A stretch of DNA of 64,000 bases. Origin: an uncultured Planctomycetaceae bacterium (GTDB lineage: Bacteria > Planctomycetota > Planctomycetia > Pirellulales > PNKZ01). The DNA lies in NCBI GenBank assembly GCA_964652155.1, contig CAZZBK010000010.1, positions 3,863-67,862 of the forward strand, read 5' to 3'. The number at the start of each line of letters is the position of its first letter. The stretch's first letter is position 1. The notes beneath the pieces were generated by a model. That model was not told the origin of the DNA. It did no database searches and worked only from the letters and a program-made list of their open reading frames with translations. Positions 47,547 to 56,715 of the stretch are shown here, one piece after another. A program made the position numbers and the translations under genes.

Positions 47547-48968
47547 TCATTTGGCGAAGCAGTACAAGTGCCCGGCGGTGCGTAAATAAATCCGCCCGTC
47601 GACAATCGCTGGCGTGGCATAGGTGGACTCGCCAAACTTGACACTCGACAGCACCTGCCAACTCCCTTCGGCACTGACGATCGTGGCCTCGCCTTCGTCG
47701 TTGAGCAGATACACTTTGCCATCCCCCGCCACGGGCGAGGCGTAGTATTCGTTCGTGGCTGGCACGCGCCCCTGCTTGAAGGGTTTGCCCGACCCGATAT
47801 TCAAGCTACTGAGGATACCGCCATCCTTGACCGTGAACAGCGTGTTGCGATACACGATCGGCGACGAGCAAAACGGCAACAGCTTGCTATGCGACCACAA
47901 CACATGGGTTGCGGTCACGTCTCCCACCCCGCCCGGCTTGATCGCCAGCACGTTGTTCTTGCTCTGATCGAACAGCATGCGAAAGTAATTGTACTCCGTC
48001 TCGGTGAGCGTGCCCGACTTGTCGCGATCGATCTGACTGAAACGCGGCCGGACGGGTAGCTCGGTCGCCTCGGCTTCTTCGATGATTTTGTTGCCGTTCT
48101 TGTCGAAGCTGGCAAGATATTTCTCGAATGGGTCAAGGCGAATCAGCTCGCCTGCGTCGCCGCCAGCAGCCCAACTCGTCACATACAGTGTGTTATCCTC
48201 GCCAATGACGGGGGTCATGCACACAGCCCGGGCAATGCCCCGCACAGTCCATAGTTCCTTGCCCGTCGACAGGTCGTACCCCACGACACGCAGCGTCGCC
48301 GCGACGACGATTTGTTTTTTCCCGTCGACATTCCAGATCACCGGCGTGCAGTAATTTCTGGGAAACTCACTGCGGTCTGTTCGCCACACGGTCTCGCCCG
48401 TCTGCTTGTCGATCGCCATGAGGAACGAATCGGTGTCGTGATCTTGCGAGAGGATGACAAGCCGATCGACGATGATGGGCGAACTCCCCGCGCCGAACCC
48501 GTTGTTGAACGGTCCCATCGGCCGCTTCCACAGCAGCTTGCCGTTGAGGTCATAACAGAACAGTCCGCACGAGCCGAAGAAGCTCACGACCCGCTCGCCA
48601 TCGCTGCATGGCGTGCTCTGGGCGTGGCTGCCGACCGAGTGAATCTCTTCCAGCTTTTCGTGTGGTGCCTCGGCTTGCCAGAGTATCTTGCCGGTCTTTT
48701 TATCCAGGCCGATCGTCACCAGTTGCTTCTCGTCGCGGACCGCCGTCAGGAAGATCCGCTCGCCCACGATGATCGGCGACGAGTGTCCCGGCGGCAGGGC
48801 CGTTTTCCAGGCGACATTTTTGTCCGGACCAATCTCACTGGGCAGGGGCAGTTCGCGGGCGGGTCGGCCCGACGCATTCACGCCCCGGAACTGCGGCCAA
48901 TCCTCGCCCCGCGCAACCGATAGGCTCAACACACAGCATACGATCCACAAACAGCTCGGGAGTTTCAT
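47547..48968 (-). CDS. secreted PQQ-like beta-propeller repeat protein with an inserted EF-hand pair
   Basis: Signal peptide MKLPSCLWIVCCVLSLSVARG. DWPQFRG start and repeated GxxxW/A.D..TGK..W propeller motifs. Two canonical 12-residue Ca-binding loops, DKNGNKIIEEAE and DRDKSGTLTETE. Confidence 0.7.
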   Translation of the reverse strand: MKLPSCLWIVCCVLSLSVARGEDWPQFRGVNASGRPARELPLPSEIGPDKNVAWKTALPPGHSSPIIVGERIFLTAVRDEKQLVTIGLDKKTGKILWQAEAPHEKLEEIHSVGSHAQSTPCSDGERVVSFFGSCGLFCYDLNGKLLWKRPMGPFNNGFGAGSSPIIVDRLVILSQDHDTDSFLMAIDKQTGETVWRTDRSEFPRNYCTPVIWNVDGKKQIVVAATLRVVGYDLSTGKELWTVRGIARAVCMTPVIGEDNTLYVTSWAAGGDAGELIRLDPFEKYLASFDKNGNKIIEEAEATELPVRPRFSQIDRDKSGTLTETEYNYFRMLFDQSKNNVLAIKPGGVGDVTATHVLWSHSKLLPFCSSPIVYRNTLFTVKDGGILSSLNIGSGKPFKQGRVPATNEYYASPVAGDGKVYLLNDEGEATIVSAEGSWQVLSSVKFGESTYATPAIVDGRIYLRTAGHLYCFAK

Positions 48969-49128
48969 CACATGGGTTCTCAGCAAGGAGGGACGCTCTC
49001 GCGACGGTGCGGCAGGCGATTCACGCAACAACCTAACACGACTGCGAAACGTCGGCAACTTGACGTGACACGGCCCGCGGCTCGGCCTAGAATCAACCGA
49101 TCAGGGCACTGTTCCACCGGAGCACGCG

Positions 49129-52100
49129 ATGCGCTATCTCCGCACGCTGATCGCACTCACATTCTTCGCACAGCTCGCTCCCGTCACGGCCCAAGAACTA
49201 CCCGGCCCACGCACTCCCACCGATGCATTGACGTCGTTCACGCTCAAAGACGGTTTCGAGATCGAGTTGATCGCGGCCGAGCCGCTCGTGATCGACCCCA
49301 TCGCGATCGCCTGGGGAGCCGACGGACGCTTGTGGGTCGTCGAGATGGGAGACTACCCGCTCGGCGTCGATGGCAAGGGCGCGTCGGGCGGACGAGTCAA
49401 GGTCCTCGCCGACACCGACGACGACGGCCGTTACGACACCGCCACGCTCTTTCTCGACGGACTTCACTACCCGACCGGCGTCCTGCCCTGGGGCAAAGGG
49501 GCTCTCGTCTCGGGTGCGCCCGACATCGTCTATGCCGAAGACCGCGACGGTGACGGCCGCGCCGAGTTTCGCGAAACCTGGTTCACCGGCTTCGCCGAGG
49601 GCAACCAGCAGCATCGGGTCAACGGACTCCGCTGGGGACTCGACAACTGGATCCACTGCGCCAACGGCGACAGTGGCGGCACGGTCACCTGTGTCAAAAC
49701 GGGCCAGAAACTTGCGCTCGGACGGCGTGACTTTCGTTTTCATCCGTTCACCCACGCGATCGAGCCCGCCACGGGACAAACCCAATACGGCCTCGACACC
49801 GACGACTGGGGACACTGGTTCGGCTCCAGCAATAGCCGACCCCTCATGCAGTACATCCTCGACGACGAGCAACTACGTCGCAACCCGCACGGAACAATTC
49901 CGAATCTGGTTCGCGAAGTCCCCGAGGTCCCTGGAGCCGCGCCGGTCTACCCGCTCAGCCGCACGCTGGCACGCTTCAACGACCTGAGTCGCGCCAATCG
50001 CTTCACAAGCGCCTGTGGGCTGACGATCTTTCGTGGCGAGGGGCTCGGCCTCGATCAGGTGGGCAATGCCTTCATCTGCGAGCCAGTCCACAATTTGGTG
50101 CACCGCGAGGTCATGGAGCGCCGCGGACTCTTGTTCACCAGCCGCCGCGCCTCGGACGAGCTACAGTCCGAGTTCCTCGCCTCGACCGACCATTGGTTTC
50201 GCCCCGTGATGTGTCGCACGGGCCCCGACAGTGCACTGTGGGTTGTCGACATGTATCGCCTCGTGATCGAACACCCCGAGTGGATCCCGAAAGATTGGCA
50301 GGCGCGGCTCGACCTGCGGGCCGGTCACGATCGCGGCCGCATCTACCGGGTCTACCACCAGCAGCATCCGCCGCATGCGATCGCGCGTCTCGATCTGAAA
50401 AACGACGCCGCGTTGGTCGACGAGTTGGAAGCCTCGAACAGCACGACGCGCGATATGGCCCGGCAGTTGCTCATCGAGCGGCGGGCCAAACAGGCGGTTC
50501 CACAATTGCGCGCCATGGCATGGCGATCGTCCTGGGCCGAGAGCCGCGTGCAAGCCTTGTCGGCGCTCATCGCCCTGCAAGATGACTTGCACGCGACGGT
50601 CACCATCGCCCTGCGCGATCCGCACCCATTCGTGCGTAAATGGGGTGTGCGGCTCTTCGAGTCGCAGGTGGCCCGTGACGAAGCGAGATTTAAGGAATCT
50701 CGCGACTTGGTGGAGCGGATGCTCAAAGACCCGGACATTACGGTGCGTGCGCAGGCCTTCGCCTCGTTCCAACAAGACACACTCGCCGGCGTAAGCGAAT
50801 CCGATCTGCAAGACCCATTTCTGTCCGCCGTGGTGGCCCAGTCACTCTCGCCGAGTGCCGCTCCGCGACTGGTGAGAGAATTACTCGCCCATCCGCGACG
50901 CGAATCGTTCATTCGTTCATCGCTGTTTCAATCACTCATTGCGGCGCTCATTGACCAGCGCGATCACGAAACTTTGACGCAATTGCTCCAGGAGTTGTCC
51001 GAGCCTTCGCAGACTGGGGCACCTTCTCAGCTGCGGGCCGTTTTGAATGCACTGGCGGGGACCAAACTCACGTTGCCTCAATTGCGGCGCGTGGCCCAAG
51101 AACCCCACATGCAACGCCTCGCGACACTCGACCAGCGGTTGCGCGTCGCCCGTCAGACGGCGGTCGATGCACAGCGCACGCTCGACGAACGCCGCGACGC
51201 CGTGGCGCTGATCGGGCTGGGTGGCCTCGCCGAAGCAGGCGATTACCATACGCTGTTCGAGCTGCTCAAGCCCCAGTCGCCGCCAGCGCTCAAGTCGGCC
51301 GCCATTGAGTCGCTCGGGCTATTGCGCGACGGGCTCGACGTGCAGCGGTTGTTTGCGGCTTGGCCCAGCCTCACGCCCGGCGTCCGCGGCGAGGTGATCG
51401 ACCTGTTATTGTCGAATGCGACCTTGATCGAGGCGATGTTCAAAGCCCTGGATGCGAACACGATTCAACGCGGCGATTTCGACGCGGCCCGCCGCACGCG
51501 ACTGATCGAGAGCAAGGACCCCCAGATTCGCGAGCGCGCGGTGCAACTATTCGCTATCACGAACACGCCGCGCCGCGAGGTCGTCGAGCAGTTTCAGGAT
51601 GTGCTGCGACTCAAAGGCAACCCCGTCGCGGGCGCTGGGGTGTTCGGTAAACGCTGCTCGCAGTGTCATCGCCTGGGCGAGGTTGGTCATCCGTTGGGAC
51701 CCGACCTCTCAGCGCTCAGCGACCGCAGTTCCGGCACGCTGCTCGCCGCGTTGCTGGACCCCAATCGGGCCGTCGAGGCGAAATTCTACAACTACCTGGT
51801 CACGACCACCGCGGGACTCACGCTCAACGGCCTGCTCGAAGCAGAGTCGGCCAGCCATATCACGCTGCTCTCCGGCGAGATGAAACGAGTCGCCCTGCCG
51901 CGCGTCGATCTCGACGAGTTCGTCAGCACGAATAAGTCACTCATGCCCGAGGGGCTCGAAAAGGATCTCACGCGACAAGAGCTTAGCGATGTCATCGCGT
52001 ACGTGACTGCGATTCGATCGCCGCCTAAAAAGTTCGCGGGCAACCAACCTCAACTCGTGAGACCCGAGACGCTGCGCGGCGAGTTCTACTTGCTCGCCCA

Positions 52101-52464
52101 GCAGGCCGAGATTTATGGGCCGTCGTTGGTCTACGAGTCTAAGTACGCGAATCTCGGCTATTGGCAGAGCAACGCCGATCACGCGGCCTGGACCGTGGCC
52201 ATCGAGCGCGGCGCGACTTACGAGGTGTCGCTCGAATTTGCCTGCGCGCGCGAAGCAGCCGGCAATCGGGTCGAGCTGCTCGTGGACAAGCAACGGTTGT
52301 CAGCCGAGGTGCCGTCGACCGGCAACTGGGACACGTATCAGTCTCTTCCGCTGGGGCGGCTCACGCTCGCGCCCGGTGAACTGCGCGTGGTCGTACGCCC
52401 CGAGCGGACACCGCGCGGCCCGTTGCTCGACCTGAAAAGCGTCAGAGTGCGGCCGGTCAAGTAG
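49129..52464 (+). CDS. PVC-type heme-binding protein: dehydrogenase-like propeller + HEAT repeats + cytochrome c + C-terminal CBM-like beta-sandwich
   Basis: Signal peptide. DTDDDGRYDTATLFLDGLHYPTGV block, HEAT-like repeats, CSQCH heme motif. The extra roughly 140-aa tail (GYWQSNADHAAWTV...GNWDTYQSLPLG) resembles CBM6-type modules. Paralogue of 16369-19323. Confidence 0.8.
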   Translation: MRYLRTLIALTFFAQLAPVTAQELPGPRTPTDALTSFTLKDGFEIELIAAEPLVIDPIAIAWGADGRLWVVEMGDYPLGVDGKGASGGRVKVLADTDDDGRYDTATLFLDGLHYPTGVLPWGKGALVSGAPDIVYAEDRDGDGRAEFRETWFTGFAEGNQQHRVNGLRWGLDNWIHCANGDSGGTVTCVKTGQKLALGRRDFRFHPFTHAIEPATGQTQYGLDTDDWGHWFGSSNSRPLMQYILDDEQLRRNPHGTIPNLVREVPEVPGAAPVYPLSRTLARFNDLSRANRFTSACGLTIFRGEGLGLDQVGNAFICEPVHNLVHREVMERRGLLFTSRRASDELQSEFLASTDHWFRPVMCRTGPDSALWVVDMYRLVIEHPEWIPKDWQARLDLRAGHDRGRIYRVYHQQHPPHAIARLDLKNDAALVDELEASNSTTRDMARQLLIERRAKQAVPQLRAMAWRSSWAESRVQALSALIALQDDLHATVTIALRDPHPFVRKWGVRLFESQVARDEARFKESRDLVERMLKDPDITVRAQAFASFQQDTLAGVSESDLQDPFLSAVVAQSLSPSAAPRLVRELLAHPRRESFIRSSLFQSLIAALIDQRDHETLTQLLQELSEPSQTGAPSQLRAVLNALAGTKLTLPQLRRVAQEPHMQRLATLDQRLRVARQTAVDAQRTLDERRDAVALIGLGGLAEAGDYHTLFELLKPQSPPALKSAAIESLGLLRDGLDVQRLFAAWPSLTPGVRGEVIDLLLSNATLIEAMFKALDANTIQRGDFDAARRTRLIESKDPQIRERAVQLFAITNTPRREVVEQFQDVLRLKGNPVAGAGVFGKRCSQCHRLGEVGHPLGPDLSALSDRSSGTLLAALLDPNRAVEAKFYNYLVTTTAGLTLNGLLEAESASHITLLSGEMKRVALPRVDLDEFVSTNKSLMPEGLEKDLTRQELSDVIAYVTAIRSPPKKFAGNQPQLVRPETLRGEFYLLAQQAEIYGPSLVYESKYANLGYWQSNADHAAWTVAIERGATYEVSLEFACAREAAGNRVELLVDKQRLSAEVPSTGNWDTYQSLPLGRLTLAPGELRVVVRPERTPRGPLLDLKSVRVRPVK

Positions 52465-52511
52465 CTGCGACGAGAGCGCGTTTCTGTTACGATGGATGGG
52501 TGTTGCCCAAT

Positions 52512-52534
52512 GCCTTCTCCCTTCCGGAGAAGGC
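52512..52534. repeat. perfect 9-bp hairpin gccttctcc-cttcc-ggagaaggc, related to the hairpin in the OleC-like insertion
   Basis: Read directly from the sequence. Lies between the two giant heme-protein genes, 30 nt upstream of ATG 52564. Confidence 0.7.
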
Positions 52535-52563
52535 TTACCTCAACATCTCACTTCACATCGCTC

Positions 52564-55500
52564 ATGCCTCGCTGGTTGACACTCGCTCTGGCTCTGATCA
52601 CGTTCGATCCCATGCTTGCCCTGTCGCAAGATGATGACGACGAACCGCAATACCTTCCCGGGCTGATCGCCACCTACACCGACGCCGCGGGGCACCGCGC
52701 GGCACGCATCGACCGCGAGGTGCAACTACGGTCCGGCTCGTCGCGCCCGGATCACCGTCTGGCCGACGGCTCGTCATTCGCGGCGCAGTGGCGTGGCCGA
52801 CTGTTCACGATTGTCACCGGCAAGTACCAACTCCACGTCCATTCGGCGGGCAAGGTACGAATCTCGCTCGCCGGACGCGAGGTGCTCGCGGCCCACTCGA
52901 ATATTGCCGCCTGTCACGCGGCCGAACCGATCGAGGTGGGCTACGGCTACCAGCCCCTGGTGATCGATTACGAACCCGGCAAGCTCGCTGAACTGCGACT
53001 GTTCTGGAGCGGGCCGCAATTCGCCCTCGAACCGGTTCCTGATCGGCATCTGTTTCACGACCCCGGGCAGACACCGGATACCGCGTTCGATACAGGGCGA
53101 TCGCTGGCCGTGTCGCATCGCTGCGGCGCGTGTCACTCGGGGGTTGAGATCGCCAAGCCATTGGCTGCGCCGTCACTCACGCATTTACAAGGCAACCTGC
53201 ACACATCCTGGTTGCTCGACACACTCATGGCGGCCGGAGACGATGCCGCGCCGGAGGTTGCGAACCGCGTGCGGCGCATGCCCTATTACGGCTTGTCTCG
53301 CGCCGATGCCGAAGCGATCACCGCGACGCTGCTCGCCGCGAGTCAACCACCGTCCGAGCGCGTCGACGTGCGAAAGATGCTCGCCGCGCAGAAGCCGGTC
53401 CCCGTTGCTGGCTCCAAAGGCAAAACGACTAAGCCGCGAGTGACCCCAAGTCGCGAACAAGGTGAGTTGCTCGTGCATTCGCTCGGCTGTCTCGGGTGTC
53501 ATCGGCACGGCGACGAGGGGGCGAAAGGTTTGTTTGCCGCCGGAGATTTAGCCCGGGTGGGACGCAAACGGCCGAGCGAGACGCTCTTCCGCTGGCTCGA
53601 CGATCCCGCAACGATCAACGCTCAGCACCGCATGCCCGTGTTCGCACTCAGCGACCTGGAGCGAGCCGATCTGGTCGAGTATTTATCTCCGGCCGAGCCC
53701 ATCAAAGCCGTTTCGCTCGACGCACCGATGCTTGAGCGTGGCAAGCAATTACTTGCCGAGCATCGTTGCGGCGCGTGTCATGAACTGCCAGAGAAATTAA
53801 AACGCCCGCTGCTCACCACCTCACTGACCAAAACGAGCCGCTTTGACGCCGGCTGTTTGCAACACGCGAGCCCCGCTGATCGTCGGCCCGGTTGGCGATT
53901 TTCCACGGATGCGATCCACTCGTTGCGGACGTTCGTGTCGTCGGTACAGGACACCAAGTCACCGTCGGTCGACGGCGCGCGGGTGCTCCGCGAGCGGAAC
54001 TGCGTCGGTTGTCATGTGCGCGGCGCTGAGCCGGGCATGGCACCGATCCTGACGGGCGTCACCGCGCGATTGCCAGCCTTGTCGCCGCGGCTACCGGCCT
54101 TGCAGCCCCCTGCGCTCACCGGCGTGGGAGACAAGTTGCACGACGCCGCGCTCGCGGCGGCGATCGAGCTGAAGCATCCACCGCGCCGACCGTGGCTCGA
54201 TATTCGCATGCCGCGTTTTAAGCTTCGGCCAGAAGAGACCGCCGCGCTCGTCCAACATCTGATCGATCACGATCGGATACCCGATCGCCCGACGAGCGCC
54301 AAGCCCGCCGTGGATGAAGCCGCGCTGCGATTAGCAGCCCCACGGTTGGTCACGTCCGACGGTTTTGGTTGCACGAGTTGCCACAAGATCGGCACGAGCG
54401 AGCCGGTCAAAGTGGCCCTGAATGCCCAAGGGACCGATTTGACGATGCTGGGGGAGCGCATCCGTCCGAGTTGGTTCGAGCGCTGGACACGCAACCCGGC
54501 GCGGATCGTGCCCCGCATGGAAATGCCCGCCATCCAACAGCCCGTTCGAGGCACGTTGCACGACAACCTCGACGTGCAGTTGAGCGCCCTGTGGACGACC
54601 CTCAACACGCCGGGCTTTAACCCGCCGCAGCCCAATGCGGTGCGCGTGGTCCGCTCGCGCAATGGGCCCAACGAGACCGAGCCGGCCCATGTGCTGACTG
54701 ACGTCATCGAATCGGGCAAGACCGTTTACTTGCGGCCGTTTGTGGTCGGGCTGACGAACCGGCACAACGTGTTGTTCGACCTGGAGCGTGGGACACTGGC
54801 TGCTTGGTGGATTGGCGACACCGCGCGCCAACGGACCCGCGGCAAGGCCTGGTACTGGGAGATGGGGGGCGAGCCGCTGATAAAATCGGTCGACAGACTC
54901 CTGTCGTTTTCGCTCCGCGACGCGAATGGGAATGAATGGCGACCCGCGCCATTCGGTCAATTCGCCGCCACGCTCGACGAATGGTATCACGACGCGCGGC
55001 ATCTTGTCGTGCGTTATCGGTTGCATGTGCAATACGAACAAAGGTGGCGTGTCTTGAACGTAACGCAGCGAATCACTCCCTGGAACGGATCAGACAAGCT
55101 GACGGGAGTCGAAATCACGTCGTCGGTTGAAGGGGTCCAAGACCACGAACAGATTATGGCCATGAGCCATCAGGGGCCCTTGACGCCCGAACCGGATCAA
55201 GGACTGCGGCGGCGATTTGTGCTGACGCTGTCCACATCATTGCCGGTCGATCAATTCTTTCTCCATTCGGTGGCTGTGCCAAAGCCAAAGAGCGTGAAAC
55301 TCAACATTGTGCCAGGCTTTGAGGCGATTCAGCTTCCGCTACCGAGCGACGAAATGCCGACGGCTCTGACATGGCGACACGATCGGACACTCGCAATCGC
55401 CTCGCTCAAAGGGCGCGTTTGCCTCGTGCATGATCGCGATCGAGACGGCCTGGCCGACGAATATGAGGTGGTCAGTGATGACCTGCCTGCGCCGTATGGT

Positions 55501-56703
55501 ATCGCGACCAGCGAGAACGATGAACTTGACGTCATCACCAAGTATGGTCTCGTGCGGGTCTCTCAACTCGATCGGCCCACGGTGCGGGGCACGAGCACCG
55601 TCATTGCCGATGGCTGGGGCTACACGGCCGACTATCACGATTGGGCCGTCGGGCTGCCGCGAGATAAACAGGGGCGGTACTACGTGGGGCTGCCGTGTCA
55701 GCAAGACAACCGCAGCGAAGCAGCTGCCAAGTTGCGTGGCACGATCTTGCGGCTTGTCCCCCAGAAGCCGACGCGCGACGAACCCCGGCTCTTTCGGCTC
55801 GAAACGTTCGCCGCCGGACAGCGGTTCCCGATGGGCTTGGCGCTCAACGGGCTGGGACAGTTGTTCGCGACCGACAATCAAGGGAACTACAACCCTTTCA
55901 ACGAACTCAATCACATCCTTCCCGGCGAGCGGTACGGGTTCATCAACAAGCGCGAAGTCAAGCCGGGCTTCGCGCCAGCGTTTCAAAGTGCGGCCATCGA
56001 GTTGCCGCACCCTTGGACCCGCAGCGTGAATGGCCTGTGCTTCTTGCATACGCCTTGGGAGTTGAACAAGAAGTTGAGACGCAACGTGTTTGGACCGTTC
56101 GAGGGGCATCTGGTCGGCTGCGAGTACAATAACTTGACCCTGATTCGCATGAGCTTGGAGCAGATCGGCAACACGTATCAGGGGGCCGCCTATCCGCTGG
56201 GACGCGCTCCCGAGGTGGATGAGCCGACGTTCGAGGGACCGGTCTGCTGCGCGGTCTCGCCCGACGGAGATTTGTATGTCGGCAACATGCGTGACAGCGG
56301 CTGGGGAGGGGGCCAGAACACCGGCTCGATCGTGCGTTTGCGACCCACGGGCGATTGGCCGCTGGGGATTGCCGAGATGCGCGCGAAACACGACGGCTTC
56401 GAGCTCACGTTCACTGGCGCGATCGATCGCGCAAAGGCTAGCGACCCGAAACGCTATCACATTCGTTCGTACCGGCGCATTAGCACGCCAGCCTATGGGG
56501 GCAACGACGTCGACGAGCGGGGCGAGCGTGTGACGCAGGCCGAGGTCGACGCGACGGGGCACGTTGTTCGCCTCAAGCTCGGCACCCTGCGGGAGGGATT
56601 TGTTTACGAATTGCGACTCGACGCGCTGGGAAAGGACGATAAGCTGCTGTTCCCCGCCGAGGCACATTACACGTTGCGGAAAGCTCCGCCGGCACGAGAC
56701 TGA
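52564..56703 (+). CDS. giant extracytoplasmic protein: PA14-like domain + five CxxCH cytochrome c modules + dehydrogenase-like beta-propeller
   Basis: Signal MPRWLTLALALITF. PA14-like region (FAAQWRGRLF...KYQLHVHSAGKVRISL). CxxCH at 53122-53136, 53488-53502, 53767-53781, 54001-54015 and 54370-54384. C-terminal DRDRDGLADEYEVVSDDLPAPYGI block as in the other two heme proteins. Confidence 0.75.
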   Translation: MPRWLTLALALITFDPMLALSQDDDDEPQYLPGLIATYTDAAGHRAARIDREVQLRSGSSRPDHRLADGSSFAAQWRGRLFTIVTGKYQLHVHSAGKVRISLAGREVLAAHSNIAACHAAEPIEVGYGYQPLVIDYEPGKLAELRLFWSGPQFALEPVPDRHLFHDPGQTPDTAFDTGRSLAVSHRCGACHSGVEIAKPLAAPSLTHLQGNLHTSWLLDTLMAAGDDAAPEVANRVRRMPYYGLSRADAEAITATLLAASQPPSERVDVRKMLAAQKPVPVAGSKGKTTKPRVTPSREQGELLVHSLGCLGCHRHGDEGAKGLFAAGDLARVGRKRPSETLFRWLDDPATINAQHRMPVFALSDLERADLVEYLSPAEPIKAVSLDAPMLERGKQLLAEHRCGACHELPEKLKRPLLTTSLTKTSRFDAGCLQHASPADRRPGWRFSTDAIHSLRTFVSSVQDTKSPSVDGARVLRERNCVGCHVRGAEPGMAPILTGVTARLPALSPRLPALQPPALTGVGDKLHDAALAAAIELKHPPRRPWLDIRMPRFKLRPEETAALVQHLIDHDRIPDRPTSAKPAVDEAALRLAAPRLVTSDGFGCTSCHKIGTSEPVKVALNAQGTDLTMLGERIRPSWFERWTRNPARIVPRMEMPAIQQPVRGTLHDNLDVQLSALWTTLNTPGFNPPQPNAVRVVRSRNGPNETEPAHVLTDVIESGKTVYLRPFVVGLTNRHNVLFDLERGTLAAWWIGDTARQRTRGKAWYWEMGGEPLIKSVDRLLSFSLRDANGNEWRPAPFGQFAATLDEWYHDARHLVVRYRLHVQYEQRWRVLNVTQRITPWNGSDKLTGVEITSSVEGVQDHEQIMAMSHQGPLTPEPDQGLRRRFVLTLSTSLPVDQFFLHSVAVPKPKSVKLNIVPGFEAIQLPLPSDEMPTALTWRHDRTLAIASLKGRVCLVHDRDRDGLADEYEVVSDDLPAPYGIATSENDELDVITKYGLVRVSQLDRPTVRGTSTVIADGWGYTADYHDWAVGLPRDKQGRYYVGLPCQQDNRSEAAAKLRGTILRLVPQKPTRDEPRLFRLETFAAGQRFPMGLALNGLGQLFATDNQGNYNPFNELNHILPGERYGFINKREVKPGFAPAFQSAAIELPHPWTRSVNGLCFLHTPWELNKKLRRNVFGPFEGHLVGCEYNNLTLIRMSLEQIGNTYQGAAYPLGRAPEVDEPTFEGPVCCAVSPDGDLYVGNMRDSGWGGGQNTGSIVRLRPTGDWPLGIAEMRAKHDGFELTFTGAIDRAKASDPKRYHIRSYRRISTPAYGGNDVDERGERVTQAEVDATGHVVRLKLGTLREGFVYELRLDALGKDDKLLFPAEAHYTLRKAPPARD

Positions 56704-56715
56704 CGGAATTTCAGC

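Noticed and set aside
52492-52563. Upstream start for the giant PA14/heme protein
   Set aside because: The extension contains a perfect intergenic-type hairpin and precedes a clean signal peptide starting at ATG 52564.
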